A stretch of 64,000 nt of DNA from the IMG/VR virus record IMGVR_UViG_3300030419_007131, positions 101,066 through 165,065 of that record; one strand, given 5' to 3'. This DNA comes from a virus. The translations under genes and the position numbers were made by a program. Below the pieces are notes generated by a model. It saw nothing but the letters and a program-made list of their open reading frames with translations, ran no database searches and was not told the DNA's origin. How positions within the stretch are numbered: the first letter of the stretch is position 1; each line of letters starts with the position of its first letter. Positions 63,969 through 64,000 of the stretch are shown in pieces.

Positions 63969-64000
63969 GACCTAATCGGCAATCGTGAAATCATAGGGCG

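Noticed and set aside
1-64000. Stop-codon recoding
   Set aside because: Recognisable genes are full-length under code 11 and TAA, TAG and TGA all end tightly packed genes

Overview
The window looks like a 64-kb segment of a large (jumbo-type) dsDNA bacteriophage, probably aquatic. Genes are densely packed and almost all lie on the minus strand. It carries a phage-type sigma factor, a baseplate/spike-like gene, bacterial SD sites and sigma70 promoters, and no cellular housekeeping block. Left to right: (i) 1-4.3 kb: spike-like protein, M15 peptidase, gp55-like sigma factor; (ii) 4.3-22.6 kb: an ~18-kb, 22-gene nucleotide-sugar/glycosyltransferase cluster; (iii) 22.6-29 kb: PD-(D/E)XK nuclease, PIN-PhoH, metallopeptidases; (iv) a complete tmRNA at 29056-29367 (tag ANDADYDLALAA); (v) 29.4-41 kb: acidic, probably virion-internal proteins, several sharing an N-terminal MKLLLENWRxxLxE leader fused to different enzyme domains; (vi) redoxin, thioesterase, amidase, HNH; (vii) the only plus-strand unit, a yeaH-spoVR-prkA operon with a perfect sigma70 promoter and terminator; (viii) a G-tract boundary near 50.4 kb; (ix) an early region with about 9 near-consensus sigma70 promoters, a MoxR-VWA pair and a tandem array of 16 small SH3/KOW-like 'MKVGDLV' genes. 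These array genes are joined by a conserved junction that encodes the end of one gene plus the SD and start of the next. The best candidates for an undescribed system are that cassette array, the shared capsid-targeting-like leader on diverse enzymes, and the phage-borne YeaH/SpoVR/PrkA module. All product calls come from motif recognition by eye; no database search was run.
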